From Betaproteobacteria bacterium Ga0077527 (GTDB lineage Bacteria; Pseudomonadota; Gammaproteobacteria; Burkholderiales; SG8-41), in the NCBI GenBank assembly GCA_001464815.1, contig LNDW01000007.1, forward strand, positions 79,746-143,745: DNA of 64,000 nucleotides. The letters are read 5' to 3'. Numbering within the stretch: position 1 is the first letter of the stretch; every line of letters starts with the position of its first letter. Of this stretch, positions 37,467-46,083 are shown in pieces. Both the position numbers and the translations under genes were made by a program. The notes beneath the pieces were generated by a model. The model had not been told where the DNA came from. It did no database searches and saw nothing but the letters and a program-made list of their open reading frames with translations.

Positions 37467-38108
37467 ATGATGACGGCAACCACAGAAACTGTCAGGAGCG
37501 CTGCTCCGCAGACAGGCAGCCCGGAGGAGAACGGCGCAAGAGCCGGTCTCTATGCCCTGTTGTCGCATCTGTTTCACTCGCGTCCTGATGCGCAGCTGCT
37601 GCAGCAACTGGCGGCCTCAGAGTCCCTGATCGAAAATGAATCTGCCGCACTCGGCTCGAGCTGGCGCGCGCTATGTGCCGCCGCGCGCAGCACTGATGCC
37701 GAGGCCGCCGCAAAACAGTTTGATGCGCTGTTTGTCAGCCCGGGCCAGCCCGCGGTGTCGCTGTATGCCTCGAGTTACATGTCAGGCCGCCGCCGCGGCC
37801 AGTTGCTGGCCGAGCTGCGCGATGACCTGGCCGCGCTGGGTTATGCCCGCTCAGAAGACAGCACCGAATACGAAGACCATCTGGCCGCGCTGTTCGACGT
37901 GATGCGCGGGCTGATCACCGACGAGGCGCAGGATCCCGAAGCCTTCGCCCGCCAGCGTGAATTTTTTCAGGCTTATGTCGCGCCGTGGACATCACGCCTG
38001 TTCGAAAAAGTGGCCGCGGCCTCCGCTGATGCGGAGCTGTATCGCCGCGCCGCCGGTTTTGCCGATGCATTCATCACCCATGAAACGCAGTATTTCGATC
38101 TCACCTGA
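37467..38108 (+). CDS. TorD/DmsD-family redox enzyme maturation chaperone (FDH-specific by context)
   Basis: 213 aa with a TorD-like helical pattern (..LYALLSHLF..P......L.......; EYEDHLAALFDVM..L). Lies directly upstream of the TAT-peptide gene and fdhA. Confidence 0.7.
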   Translation: MMTATTETVRSAAPQTGSPEENGARAGLYALLSHLFHSRPDAQLLQQLAASESLIENESAALGSSWRALCAAARSTDAEAAAKQFDALFVSPGQPAVSLYASSYMSGRRRGQLLAELRDDLAALGYARSEDSTEYEDHLAALFDVMRGLITDEAQDPEAFARQREFFQAYVAPWTSRLFEKVAAASADAELYRRAAGFADAFITHETQYFDLT

Positions 38109-38136
38109 TATTTCGATCTTGCCTGAGGAGGACGCC

Positions 38137-38328
38137 ATGAACAGCAAAATGAACCGCCGCAAGTTTCTCGCAGCAGTCGGTGTTGGTGGAGCGGCTGCAG
38201 CAGCAGCAGTGACCCAGGTTGGCGGCGAGCGCGAACGCAGCGCCGAGGCAGGGCAGAAGGTGCGCCAGGGCCAGGGCTACCAGGTGACCGAACACGTGCG
38301 CCGCTACTACGAAACCACCAAGGTCTGA
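38137..38328 (+). CDS. small twin-arginine-signal protein of FDH regions (formate dehydrogenase region TAT target)
   Basis: 63 aa: MNSKMNRRKFLAAVGVGGAAAAAAV... A GAGGAG RBS lies 6 nt upstream. Only visible as an internal start of the ORF-track entry 37957..38328. Confidence 0.7.
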   Translation: MNSKMNRRKFLAAVGVGGAAAAAAVTQVGGERERSAEAGQKVRQGQGYQVTEHVRRYYETTKV

Positions 38329-38338
38329 GGAGAACATC

Positions 38339-41272
38339 ATGTTGCTCACTCGTAAATCCACGCAATCCGGTGCCACCGCAGGCCAGCAGCGCATGGTGCG
38401 CAATGCCTCGGCTTTCCTCGGCAACACCATCGACCGCCGCACGTTCCTGAAGCGCAGCGGCATGGCTGCCGGCGGTGCCGCCGCGCTGTCACAGCTGCCG
38501 TTTCCGGTGATGAAAAAGGCCGAGGCTGCTGAAAAGGCCGGTGACGGCAAGATCGAGGTCAAGCGCACGATCTGCACCCACTGCTCGGTGGGCTGTGCGA
38601 TTGATGCGGTGGTGCAGAACGGCGTGTGGATCCGCCAGGAGCCGGTGTTCGATTCGCCGATCAACCTCGGCGCGCACTGCGCGAAGGGTGCTTCGATCCG
38701 CGAGCACGGCATGCATGAAATCTCGCATCGCCTGCGCACGCCGATGAAGCTGAAGGACGGCAAGTGGGAGAAGATTTCCTGGGATGTCGCGCTGAACGAA
38801 GTCAGCGAGCGGCTGATGAAAATCCGCAAGGAATCAGGCCCTGACGCCACCTTCTGGATCGGCTCTTCCAAGCACAACAACGAGCAGGCCTATCTGTTGC
38901 GCAAGTTCGTGTCGTTCTTCGGCACCAACAACATGGATCACCAGGCGCGGATCTGCCACTCGACCACGGTCGCGGGCGTCGCCAACACCTGGGGCTATGG
39001 TGCGATGACCAACTCGTACAACGATGAACAGAATTCGAAATGCATCCTGTTCTTCGGTTCGAACGCGGCCGAGGCGCATCCGGTGTCGATGCTGCACACC
39101 CTCCATGCCAAGGAGAACGGCGCCAAGGTGATCGTGGTCGATCCGCGATTCACCCGCACCGCGGCCAAGGCGGATACCTTCTACCGCATCCGTTCGGGCA
39201 CCGACGTCGCCTTCCTGATGGGCATGCTGCACCACATCTTCAAGAACGGTTGGGAAGACAAGCAGTACATCAAGGATCGTGTCTATGGCATGGACAAGGT
39301 TCGGGAAGAGGCTGCCAAGTGGACCCCCGACAAGGTCGAGGAGGTCACCGGCATGAAGGAGGCCGAGGTCCGCGATGTCGCGGAGCAGATGGCCAAAAAC
39401 AAGCCCAGCACCATCGTCTGGGCGATGGGCCAGACCCAGCATACCAACGGCAATGCTGTGGTGCGCGCGTCCTGCATCCTGCAACTGGCGCTGGGCAACG
39501 TCGGCGTGTCGGGTGGCGGCACCAACATTTACCGCGGCCATGACAATGTGCAGGGGGCCACCGACGTTGGTCCGAATCCGGATTCGCTGCCGGGCTACTA
39601 CGGCATCGCCGAGGGCTCGTGGAAACACTTCGCCAATGTTTGGGGTGTGGATTTCGAGTGGATCAAGAAACAGTTCGCTCCGGGCATGATGACCAAGCCC
39701 GGTATCACGGTGTCGCGCTGGATCGATGCGATCCTCGAGAAAAACGAATTGATCGATCAGGACAGCAACCTGAAAGCGGTGGTGTTCTGGGGCCATGCGC
39801 CGAACAGCCAGACCCGCGGCAAGGAGATGATCGAGGCGATCCAGAAGCTCGACACGCTGGTGGTCATTGATCCCTACCCCTCGGCCACGGCGGCGATGGC
39901 AGCCAAGGCGCGCAAGGACGGCGTTTACCTGTTGCCCGCGGCAACCCAGCTCGAGTGCGCGGGTTCCTGTACCGCGTCTAACCGCTCGATCCAGTGGCGC
40001 GAGAAGGTGGTCGATCCGATGTTCGAGTCGCGCACCGACCACATGATCATGTACCAGCTGGCGCAGAAATTCGGTTTCGCCAAGGAACTTACCGCGAAGA
40101 TCAAGGTGGTCAAAGGCAAGGGCGGCATGGACGAGCCGGACATGGAAGACACGCTGCGCGAGATCAATCGTGGCGTGTGGACCATCGGCTACACCGGCCA
40201 GTCGCCGGAGCGTCTGCAGGCCCACATGCGCAACATGCACGTGTTCGACATCAAGACGCTGCGCGCCAGGGGTGGCAAGGATGCAAAGACCGGATACGAC
40301 CTGGATGGCGACTATTTCGGCCTGCCCTGGCCCTGTTACGGAACGGCTGCGCTGAAACATCCGGGTTCGCCGAACCTGTACCAGACCGACCGGCACATCA
40401 TGGATGGCGGCGGAAACTTCCGCGCCAACTTCGGTGTGGAGAAGGACGGCGTCAACCTGCTGGCGGAGGACGGTTCGCATTCCAAAGGCGCCGACCTGAC
40501 CACCGGTTATCCCGAGCTCGACCACGTGCTGCTGAAAAAGCTCGGCTGGTGGGACGAGCTGACCGAGGACGAGAAAAAAGCGGCCGAAGGGAAGAACTGG
40601 AAGACCGATCCTTCGGGCGGCATGATCCGTGTGTTCATGAAGGAGCATGGCTGCCATCCTTTCGGCAATGCCAAGGCGCGGGCGGTGGTGTGGAACTTCC
40701 CCGATCCGGTGCCGCTGCACCGCGAGCCGCTGTACAGCCCGCGCGCGGACCTGGTCGAGAAGTACCCGACCCACGCCGACCAGAAGAACCGCTGGCGCCT
40801 GCCGGTGCTGTTCAAGACGGTGCAGGATGCCAACAAGGATGCCGGCAAGCAGTTCCCGCTGATCATGACCAGCGGCCGCCTGGTGGAATACGAGGGCGGT
40901 GGCGACGAGACGCGGTCGAATCCCTGGCTCGCCGAGCTGCAGCAGGAAATGTTCGTCGAGATCAATCCCAAGGATGCCAACGACCGCGGCGTGCGCAACA
41001 ACGAATATGTCTGGGTGAGCACGCCGGCGCCAAGCAAGCCGCGGATCAAGGTGAAGACGCTGGTCACCGAGCGGGTGGCATCGGGCACGGTGTTCCTGCC
41101 CTTCCACTTTGCGGGTTGGTGGGAAGGCGAGGATATGAAAAAGCAGTATCCGGAGGGGGCCGCCCCGGTGGTGCGCGGCGAAGCGGTCAACACGGCAACC
41201 ACTTATGGCTACGATATCGTGACCATGATGCAGGAAACCAAGACCACGCTGTGCCAGGTGTCCAAGGCATAA
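38339..41272 (+). CDS. fdhA: formate dehydrogenase catalytic subunit (Mo/W-bis-PGD), periplasmic, Cys-type
   Basis: 977 aa. Tat motif DRRTFLKRSG and the N-terminal 4Fe-4S motif CTHCSVGCAIDA. The segment HQARICHSTTVAG..WGYGAMTN aligns, as I recall, to FdnG ARVUHGPTVA..FGRGAMTN, so Cys replaces Sec. Confidence 0.9.
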   Translation: MLLTRKSTQSGATAGQQRMVRNASAFLGNTIDRRTFLKRSGMAAGGAAALSQLPFPVMKKAEAAEKAGDGKIEVKRTICTHCSVGCAIDAVVQNGVWIRQEPVFDSPINLGAHCAKGASIREHGMHEISHRLRTPMKLKDGKWEKISWDVALNEVSERLMKIRKESGPDATFWIGSSKHNNEQAYLLRKFVSFFGTNNMDHQARICHSTTVAGVANTWGYGAMTNSYNDEQNSKCILFFGSNAAEAHPVSMLHTLHAKENGAKVIVVDPRFTRTAAKADTFYRIRSGTDVAFLMGMLHHIFKNGWEDKQYIKDRVYGMDKVREEAAKWTPDKVEEVTGMKEAEVRDVAEQMAKNKPSTIVWAMGQTQHTNGNAVVRASCILQLALGNVGVSGGGTNIYRGHDNVQGATDVGPNPDSLPGYYGIAEGSWKHFANVWGVDFEWIKKQFAPGMMTKPGITVSRWIDAILEKNELIDQDSNLKAVVFWGHAPNSQTRGKEMIEAIQKLDTLVVIDPYPSATAAMAAKARKDGVYLLPAATQLECAGSCTASNRSIQWREKVVDPMFESRTDHMIMYQLAQKFGFAKELTAKIKVVKGKGGMDEPDMEDTLREINRGVWTIGYTGQSPERLQAHMRNMHVFDIKTLRARGGKDAKTGYDLDGDYFGLPWPCYGTAALKHPGSPNLYQTDRHIMDGGGNFRANFGVEKDGVNLLAEDGSHSKGADLTTGYPELDHVLLKKLGWWDELTEDEKKAAEGKNWKTDPSGGMIRVFMKEHGCHPFGNAKARAVVWNFPDPVPLHREPLYSPRADLVEKYPTHADQKNRWRLPVLFKTVQDANKDAGKQFPLIMTSGRLVEYEGGGDETRSNPWLAELQQEMFVEINPKDANDRGVRNNEYVWVSTPAPSKPRIKVKTLVTERVASGTVFLPFHFAGWWEGEDMKKQYPEGAAPVVRGEAVNTATTYGYDIVTMMQETKTTLCQVSKA

Positions 41273-41299
41273 GCACCCGATACCCGCGAGGAGAACAAT

Positions 41300-41923
41300 A
41301 TGGCCCGAATGAAATTCCTGTGTGACGCCGAGCGCTGCATCGAGTGCAACGGCTGTGTGACCGCGTGCAAGAACGAGCACGAGGTGCCCTGGGGCGTGAA
41401 CCGGCGCCGCGTGGTTACGCTCAACGACGGTCTGCCCGGCGAAAAGTCGATTTCGGTCGCCTGCATGCACTGCTCGGATGCGCCGTGTATGGCGGTATGC
41501 CCGGTGGACTGCTTTTACAAGACCTCCGAAGGCGTGGTGCTCCACGACAAGGACCTGTGCATCGGTTGCGGCTACTGTTTCTACGCCTGCCCCTTCGGCG
41601 CGCCGCAGTTCCCGCAGGACGGCGCTTTCGGCCTGCGCGGCAAGATGGACAAGTGCACCTTCTGTGCCGGTGGTCCCGAGACCGACCAGTCGGCGGCCGA
41701 GTTCAAGAAATACGGCCGCAACCGCCTGTCAGAAGGCAAGCTGCCGGCCTGCGCCGAGATGTGCTCGACCAAGGCGCTGCTCGGTGGTGATGCCGACGTT
41801 ATTGCCGACATCTACCGGACGCGGGTGTTGAAGCGCGGCAAAGGCTCCGAGGTCTGGGGCTGGGGCACGGCCTACGGCAAGCCGGAAAAAGGTGCGACAC
41901 CGCCGGCAGGAGCAAAGTCATGA
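41300..41923 (+). CDS. fdhB: formate dehydrogenase iron-sulfur subunit
   Basis: 207 aa with four ferredoxin-type Cys clusters (CIECNGCVTAC, CMHCSDAPCMAVCP, CIGCGYCFYACP, CTFC...). Confidence 0.9.
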   Translation: MARMKFLCDAERCIECNGCVTACKNEHEVPWGVNRRRVVTLNDGLPGEKSISVACMHCSDAPCMAVCPVDCFYKTSEGVVLHDKDLCIGCGYCFYACPFGAPQFPQDGAFGLRGKMDKCTFCAGGPETDQSAAEFKKYGRNRLSEGKLPACAEMCSTKALLGGDADVIADIYRTRVLKRGKGSEVWGWGTAYGKPEKGATPPAGAKS

Positions 41924-42144
41924 GCAAACTGATTGTTGCAGCTGCCGCTGTTGCAGTGGCGGCGCTGGCCGCCGGCTGCGGCGAGAAGCAACCGGTCACT
42001 GTCTACAAACAGGGCCAGTATCAGGGCAAGCCCGACGCCCGGCCCTGGGAAAACGCGCAGTTCAAGAACGACCAGGTGGCCTGGGAAAAGGCGATCAAGG
42101 CGCGCAACGGCGGGCAGAACGAATACGGCAAGACCGCGCAATAA
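41920..42144 (+). CDS. small predicted lipoprotein inside the fdh operon
   Basis: 74 aa with a lipobox (VAALAAG-C). The start overlaps the fdhB stop (ATGA). Confidence 0.5.
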   Translation: MSKLIVAAAAVAVAALAAGCGEKQPVTVYKQGQYQGKPDARPWENAQFKNDQVAWEKAIKARNGGQNEYGKTAQ

Positions 42145-42197
42145 CCGGTCCGCGATTGCAGCAGCGGGCTGGTGGACAAAGAATAAAGGAGGAGGCC

Positions 42198-43262
42198 ATG
42201 CAGGTTGGCTTTAGGCGGTGGCTTGGAGCGGGGTTGGCGGCACTGGTGCTGGGGTTCACGGTGCCGGTGACCGCCGCCGATACGTCGTCGGCGCAGGAAC
42301 AGGCGGCGCGGCAGCAGGCGCAGCCCGGCAACAATTCGCCGGTGTGGCGAGACGTGCGCAGTGGCGACAACCCGTACCAGACAACACAGGTACGCGGTGT
42401 CGAAACCTCGGTGCTGGTGCAGACCGAAGGTGAAACCTGGCGGCAATTGCGCAACCACGTGGTCACCGTCTACGGTGGCTGGCTGCTGGTGCTGATGGCA
42501 GCCATCATTGGCGCCTTCTACGCATGGAAAGGCCCGATCAAGCTGCATGACCAGCCCACCGGCCGCAAGCTGCTGCGTTTTGCCTACTGGGAGCGCACGG
42601 TGCACTGGGGCGCGGCGATCAGCTTTGTTCTGCTCGCGGTCACTGGCGTGGTCATCATGTTCGGCAAGCACGTGCTGCTGCCGATCATCGGCTACACGCT
42701 GTTCAGCCTGATCGCGCAGCTGTCCAAGCTGATCCACAACTTCGTAGGTCCGGTGTTTGCGGTTTGCACGGTGCTGATGTTCCTGACTTACGTGAAGGAC
42801 AATCTGCCCAAGGCGCATGACCTGGGGTGGCTGGCTAAAGGTGGCGGCTTGCTCTCTGGCAACCATGTGCCCTCGGATCGCTTTAATGCCGGCGAGAAGG
42901 CGTGGTTCTGGATCGGTGTCACCGGGCTGGGTGTGGTGGTCAGCATCACCGGCTTCGCCCTCAATTTTCCCAACTTTGATCAAGGCCGTGAGTTGATGCA
43001 GCAGGCGAACGTGATTCATGCCATTGCCTCGCTGCTGTTTGTCACCATGTCACTGGGGCACATCTACATGGGGACGGTCGGTGTCGAGGGCGCCTATGAG
43101 TCGATGCGCACGGGTTATGTCGATGAGACCTGGGCGAAGGAGCACCACGAATACTGGTACCGCGATACTGTGGCTGGCGACAAAAGCCGCAGTGATTCGG
43201 ACGGTGGCGGCACGGCAAAACCTGCCGTGGCTTCGGCAATGAAAGAAGGGTGGAAATCATGA
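42198..43262 (+). CDS. fdhC: formate dehydrogenase cytochrome b (gamma) subunit with N-terminal periplasmic extension
   Basis: An AGGAGGAGG RBS precedes the ATG at 42198. Signal-like N-terminus, 4-5 TM helices with conserved His residues (..ERTVHWG.., ..HNFVGP.., ..HAIASL.., ..GHIYMG). The ORF-track start at 41892 is rejected. Confidence 0.8.
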   Translation: MQVGFRRWLGAGLAALVLGFTVPVTAADTSSAQEQAARQQAQPGNNSPVWRDVRSGDNPYQTTQVRGVETSVLVQTEGETWRQLRNHVVTVYGGWLLVLMAAIIGAFYAWKGPIKLHDQPTGRKLLRFAYWERTVHWGAAISFVLLAVTGVVIMFGKHVLLPIIGYTLFSLIAQLSKLIHNFVGPVFAVCTVLMFLTYVKDNLPKAHDLGWLAKGGGLLSGNHVPSDRFNAGEKAWFWIGVTGLGVVVSITGFALNFPNFDQGRELMQQANVIHAIASLLFVTMSLGHIYMGTVGVEGAYESMRTGYVDETWAKEHHEYWYRDTVAGDKSRSDSDGGGTAKPAVASAMKEGWKS

Positions 43263-43507
43263 GCATGCACAAATTGCTGGTGGCGGGCGCGGCGCTGATC
43301 GTGGGTATGACAGTTGGTGGGGTATCGGCCAAGCTGCCGCCGCCATCAGAAGAAGCCAAGGCCAAGGCGGCAGAGGCCAAAGCCAAGTCTGACGAGGCGG
43401 CGAAAAAGGATGGCGAGAGTCTGGCCAAGGCTCAGGATCGTGTGGCCGACCGTTACAAGAAACAGCAGAAATCCAAACCGGCAACGGTGGCTTCCAGCAA
43501 AAAGTGA
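43259..43507 (+). CDS. small secreted Ala/Lys/Glu-rich protein, last gene of the fdh operon
   Basis: 82 aa: MSMHKLLVAGAALIVGMTVGGVSA signal, then a charged low-complexity region. The ATG overlaps the fdhC stop. A strong terminator follows. Confidence 0.4.
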   Translation: MSMHKLLVAGAALIVGMTVGGVSAKLPPPSEEAKAKAAEAKAKSDEAAKKDGESLAKAQDRVADRYKKQQKSKPATVASSKK

Positions 43508-43532
43508 TTTGCTGCAGCTGCCCCGGTTGGAT

Positions 43533-43561
43533 AAAAAACCCGGTTCTTACCGGGTTTTTTT
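43533..43561. terminator. bidirectional intrinsic terminator
   Basis: aaaaaacccgg-ttcttac-ccgggttttttt. Confidence 0.75.
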
Positions 43562-43585
43562 ATGAGTGGGATTTTATAAAAATAT

Positions 43586-43598
43586 CAATAAAAACAAT
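43586..43598 (+). repeat. AT-rich element copy 7 (exact core)
   Basis: tataaaaatatCAATAAAAACAATaagttatt, in the convergent spacer between the fdh operon and the dctP-like gene. Confidence 0.9.
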
Positions 43599-43620
43599 AA
43601 GTTATTATTTATCCCGGTGA

Positions 43621-44565
43621 TCAGGCCAATACTCCCAGTCGTTCTTCGAGCAGGCGCCAGGCCTTGTCTCCGGTGATCTCGCGCCAGCGTTTGTAGAAGC
43701 CGGCTTCACGCAGGCGTGCGCGGAACTCATCGCGGTTGACCATGCTGCTGCTCATGCCCCAGCCGCTGATTCTGCCCTCAAGCGCGCGATTCAGTGCATC
43801 GGTATGGGCACGCTGCCGTGCGACATGTTTGCGAGCGACACGCTCGATGATCTGCCGGATGTCCTCGGGCAGCGAGTTCCAGAACTTCAGGCCGATCATC
43901 ATGTTGAAGCCCGACCACATGTGCGAGGTCAGCGCGACATGGCGTGTCACTTCATGCAGCTTCAGCGCTTCGGTGATCGACAGCGGATTTTCCTGGGCGT
44001 CTATTTCGTTGTTTTTGAGTGCGTCGTACAGTTTCAGCACATTGACCTCAACCGGCACTGCGCCAAGGCTCTGGAAGGCGTCGGCAAACATGCGCCCCTC
44101 AGGGATGCGGATGCGCAGGCCTTCGAGGTCGGAGACGCCTTTGATCGGCCGCGTGGTGGTGGAGATGTGGCGAAAGCCGTTTTCGAGCAGGCCGCCGGGC
44201 AGGGCGTGGATGCCCTTGGCCTGCAGTTCCGCCTGCAGGTAATCGCCGAGTGGCCCGTCCAGCACCTCATGCACCTGGGCGTGGTCACGGAAGGCGAAGG
44301 GCAGTCCCTGGATTTCCAGGCTGGGCACCTTGCCGCCAAGAATGCCGCCCATCAGCACGTACGCCTCGATCTCGCCGGAGATCATCAGATCAACGATGGC
44401 GAGGTGTGAACCGGGCAGGCCCTGGTTGCTGGCGGTGACAGTGGCTGCGACACGGCCCTCGGTGGCCAGTTCAACCTCGCGCCACAGGTCAACCAGGAAG
44501 GGATGAACGTGGCTGTTTTGCGAGAGATAGTGATATTGGCGAATGCGCCACTGCGGCGCACTCAT
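43621..44565 (-). CDS. TRAP-transporter DctP-family solute-binding protein homologue lacking a signal peptide
   Basis: 314 aa with DctP-type blocks (..ENGFRH......P......DL.GL.IR.P........F..LGA.P........Y.AL.....DAQENP..). The N-terminus MSAPQWRIRQYH.. has no hydrophobic leader. The ATG overlaps the stop of the upstream VOC gene. Confidence 0.65.
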   Translation of the reverse strand: MSAPQWRIRQYHYLSQNSHVHPFLVDLWREVELATEGRVAATVTASNQGLPGSHLAIVDLMISGEIEAYVLMGGILGGKVPSLEIQGLPFAFRDHAQVHEVLDGPLGDYLQAELQAKGIHALPGGLLENGFRHISTTTRPIKGVSDLEGLRIRIPEGRMFADAFQSLGAVPVEVNVLKLYDALKNNEIDAQENPLSITEALKLHEVTRHVALTSHMWSGFNMMIGLKFWNSLPEDIRQIIERVARKHVARQRAHTDALNRALEGRISGWGMSSSMVNRDEFRARLREAGFYKRWREITGDKAWRLLEERLGVLA

Positions 44566-45020
44566 GCCGGCAGCGCCGAGGCCATCAGCTCCGGGGTAAT
44601 ACCCTGCGCTTCGGCATTGGCGAAATTGAGTTCGATCTTGACGCCATTGGGGTCGAACAGGAACAACTGGAAAAGCCCCTGGTCATCGACCATGCGCTTG
44701 CGGAACTCGACGCGGCTTTGGCTCAAGCGCTCCATCATTTCGTGCAGGCCCGTGCAGCGGAAAGCGATGTGGTCAACGACGCCGCTGCCGGTGGTCGCCT
44801 CCGACTGCTGGCCGAGGTAGGCCTTGCGGTTGGCGCTGACACCCTTGCCGCCTTGAGTCAGGTGCACCACATCGGTATCGCCGAGATAGAGCCACACCAC
44901 CGGGAACTTGAAATCGGGATGCGGGCCTTCGCGGAAACCGAGCACCTGCACATACCAGTCGCGTGTGGCTTCGAGGTTTTCGGTCTGGATCAGGAAATGT
45001 TCGATGTGGCTGATTGGCAT
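44562..45020 (-). CDS. VOC (glyoxalase/bleomycin-resistance/extradiol dioxygenase) family protein
   Basis: 152 aa: ..HIEHFLIQTENLEATRDWY..VLGF.., HIAF.. metal-ligand pattern. Confidence 0.7.
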   Translation of the reverse strand: MPISHIEHFLIQTENLEATRDWYVQVLGFREGPHPDFKFPVVWLYLGDTDVVHLTQGGKGVSANRKAYLGQQSEATTGSGVVDHIAFRCTGLHEMMERLSQSRVEFRKRMVDDQGLFQLFLFDPNGVKIELNFANAEAQGITPELMASALPA

Positions 45021-45035
45021 GTGACGGGTTCCGTG

Positions 45036-46007
45036 TCAGTTTGCAGTGATGCCCGCGGTTTTGGCGAGTTTGGCGAAGTCCTCGACATGGCGGCGCAGGT
45101 AGGCGTTGAATTCGTCGAGTGAATTGCTGGCGATCAGCGGAATGCCGATCTTGTCGAAGCGTTCCTTCAGTGCCGGTACGGCGACAGCCCTGGCGGTCTC
45201 GGCGCGGATTTTTTCGAGAATGTCGCGCGGGGTGCCGGCCGGGGCGACGATGCCGTTGAAGGTGCTGTCCTCGAAGCCCTTGACGCCGGCCTCGTCAATG
45301 GTCGGCACATCGGGGAAGACCGGCGAGCGTTTTTTGGTGGTGACTGCGATGGCGCGCAGGCGGCCTGCCTGCACGTATTGGGCCGAGGTGCTGACCTGGT
45401 CGAACATCAGCATGATCTGGCCGCCGACGAGGTCGGTGGTGGCCGGGGCGTTGCCCTTGTACGGCACGTGCATCAGCTTGATGCCGGCCTGCTGGCTGAA
45501 CATCGCGCCGGCGACATGGCCGGTGCCGCCGCTGCCTGCAGTGCCGTAGGTCAGTTCGCCGGGCCGCCGCTTGGCGAGCGCGATGAACTCCTTCAGGTTT
45601 TTCACCGGCAGCGCCGGGTTGACCACCAGCACCATCGGAATGTCGCAGGTCTGCGAAACACCGGTGAAATCCTTCAACGGGTCGTAGCCGGGATCCTTGA
45701 TGATCGCCGGCACGCGGGCGAAGGTGTTGGCGATGGCGAGGAAGGTATAGCCGTCGGCGGGCTGGCCCTTGACGTAGCGGGTGCCGACCAGCGCGCTGGC
45801 GCCGGGCCGGTTTTCCACCAGCACCTGCTGGCCGAGCGCCTTGCTCAACTGCTCGGCCACACCACGGGCGACAATGTCGACGTTGCCGCCGGCGGCGAGC
45901 GGATTGATGATGCGCACCGTTTTCACCGGATAGTTCTGGGCGGTGGCGGCAAGACTGCCTGCGGCGAGTGTGGCACTGACGGCCATCGTGATGGCGGTGC
46001 GGATCAT
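45036..46007 (-). CDS. Bug-family (TctC-like) substrate-binding protein
   Basis: Signal peptide, YP.K.VR.I.P.AAGG..D...R......S..LGQ...VENRPGA; paralogue of 28967..29956. Confidence 0.8.
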   Translation of the reverse strand: MIRTAITMAVSATLAAGSLAATAQNYPVKTVRIINPLAAGGNVDIVARGVAEQLSKALGQQVLVENRPGASALVGTRYVKGQPADGYTFLAIANTFARVPAIIKDPGYDPLKDFTGVSQTCDIPMVLVVNPALPVKNLKEFIALAKRRPGELTYGTAGSGGTGHVAGAMFSQQAGIKLMHVPYKGNAPATTDLVGGQIMLMFDQVSTSAQYVQAGRLRAIAVTTKKRSPVFPDVPTIDEAGVKGFEDSTFNGIVAPAGTPRDILEKIRAETARAVAVPALKERFDKIGIPLIASNSLDEFNAYLRRHVEDFAKLAKTAGITAN

Positions 46008-46083
46008 ATGACTCCTCCGAAGGTGCTGTTATGGGTATGCGGAGGATTGTGCAGGGTGCCGCATGCGGCTGCAAGCCTGCCGG

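Noticed and set aside
38339-41272. Possible selenocysteine in the formate dehydrogenase catalytic subunit
   Set aside because: I checked because the window decodes UGA as Sec elsewhere. The fdhA frame is uninterrupted, and the position aligned to the FdnG/FdhF Sec reads Cys (HQARICHSTT). This is a Cys-type enzyme.
38834-41545. 903-aa minus-strand ORF antisense to fdhA/fdhB
   Set aside because: Same reasoning as above. The plus strand encodes an unmistakable molybdopterin oxidoreductase and ferredoxin subunit. The antisense product has no motifs and a skewed R/H/G/A composition.
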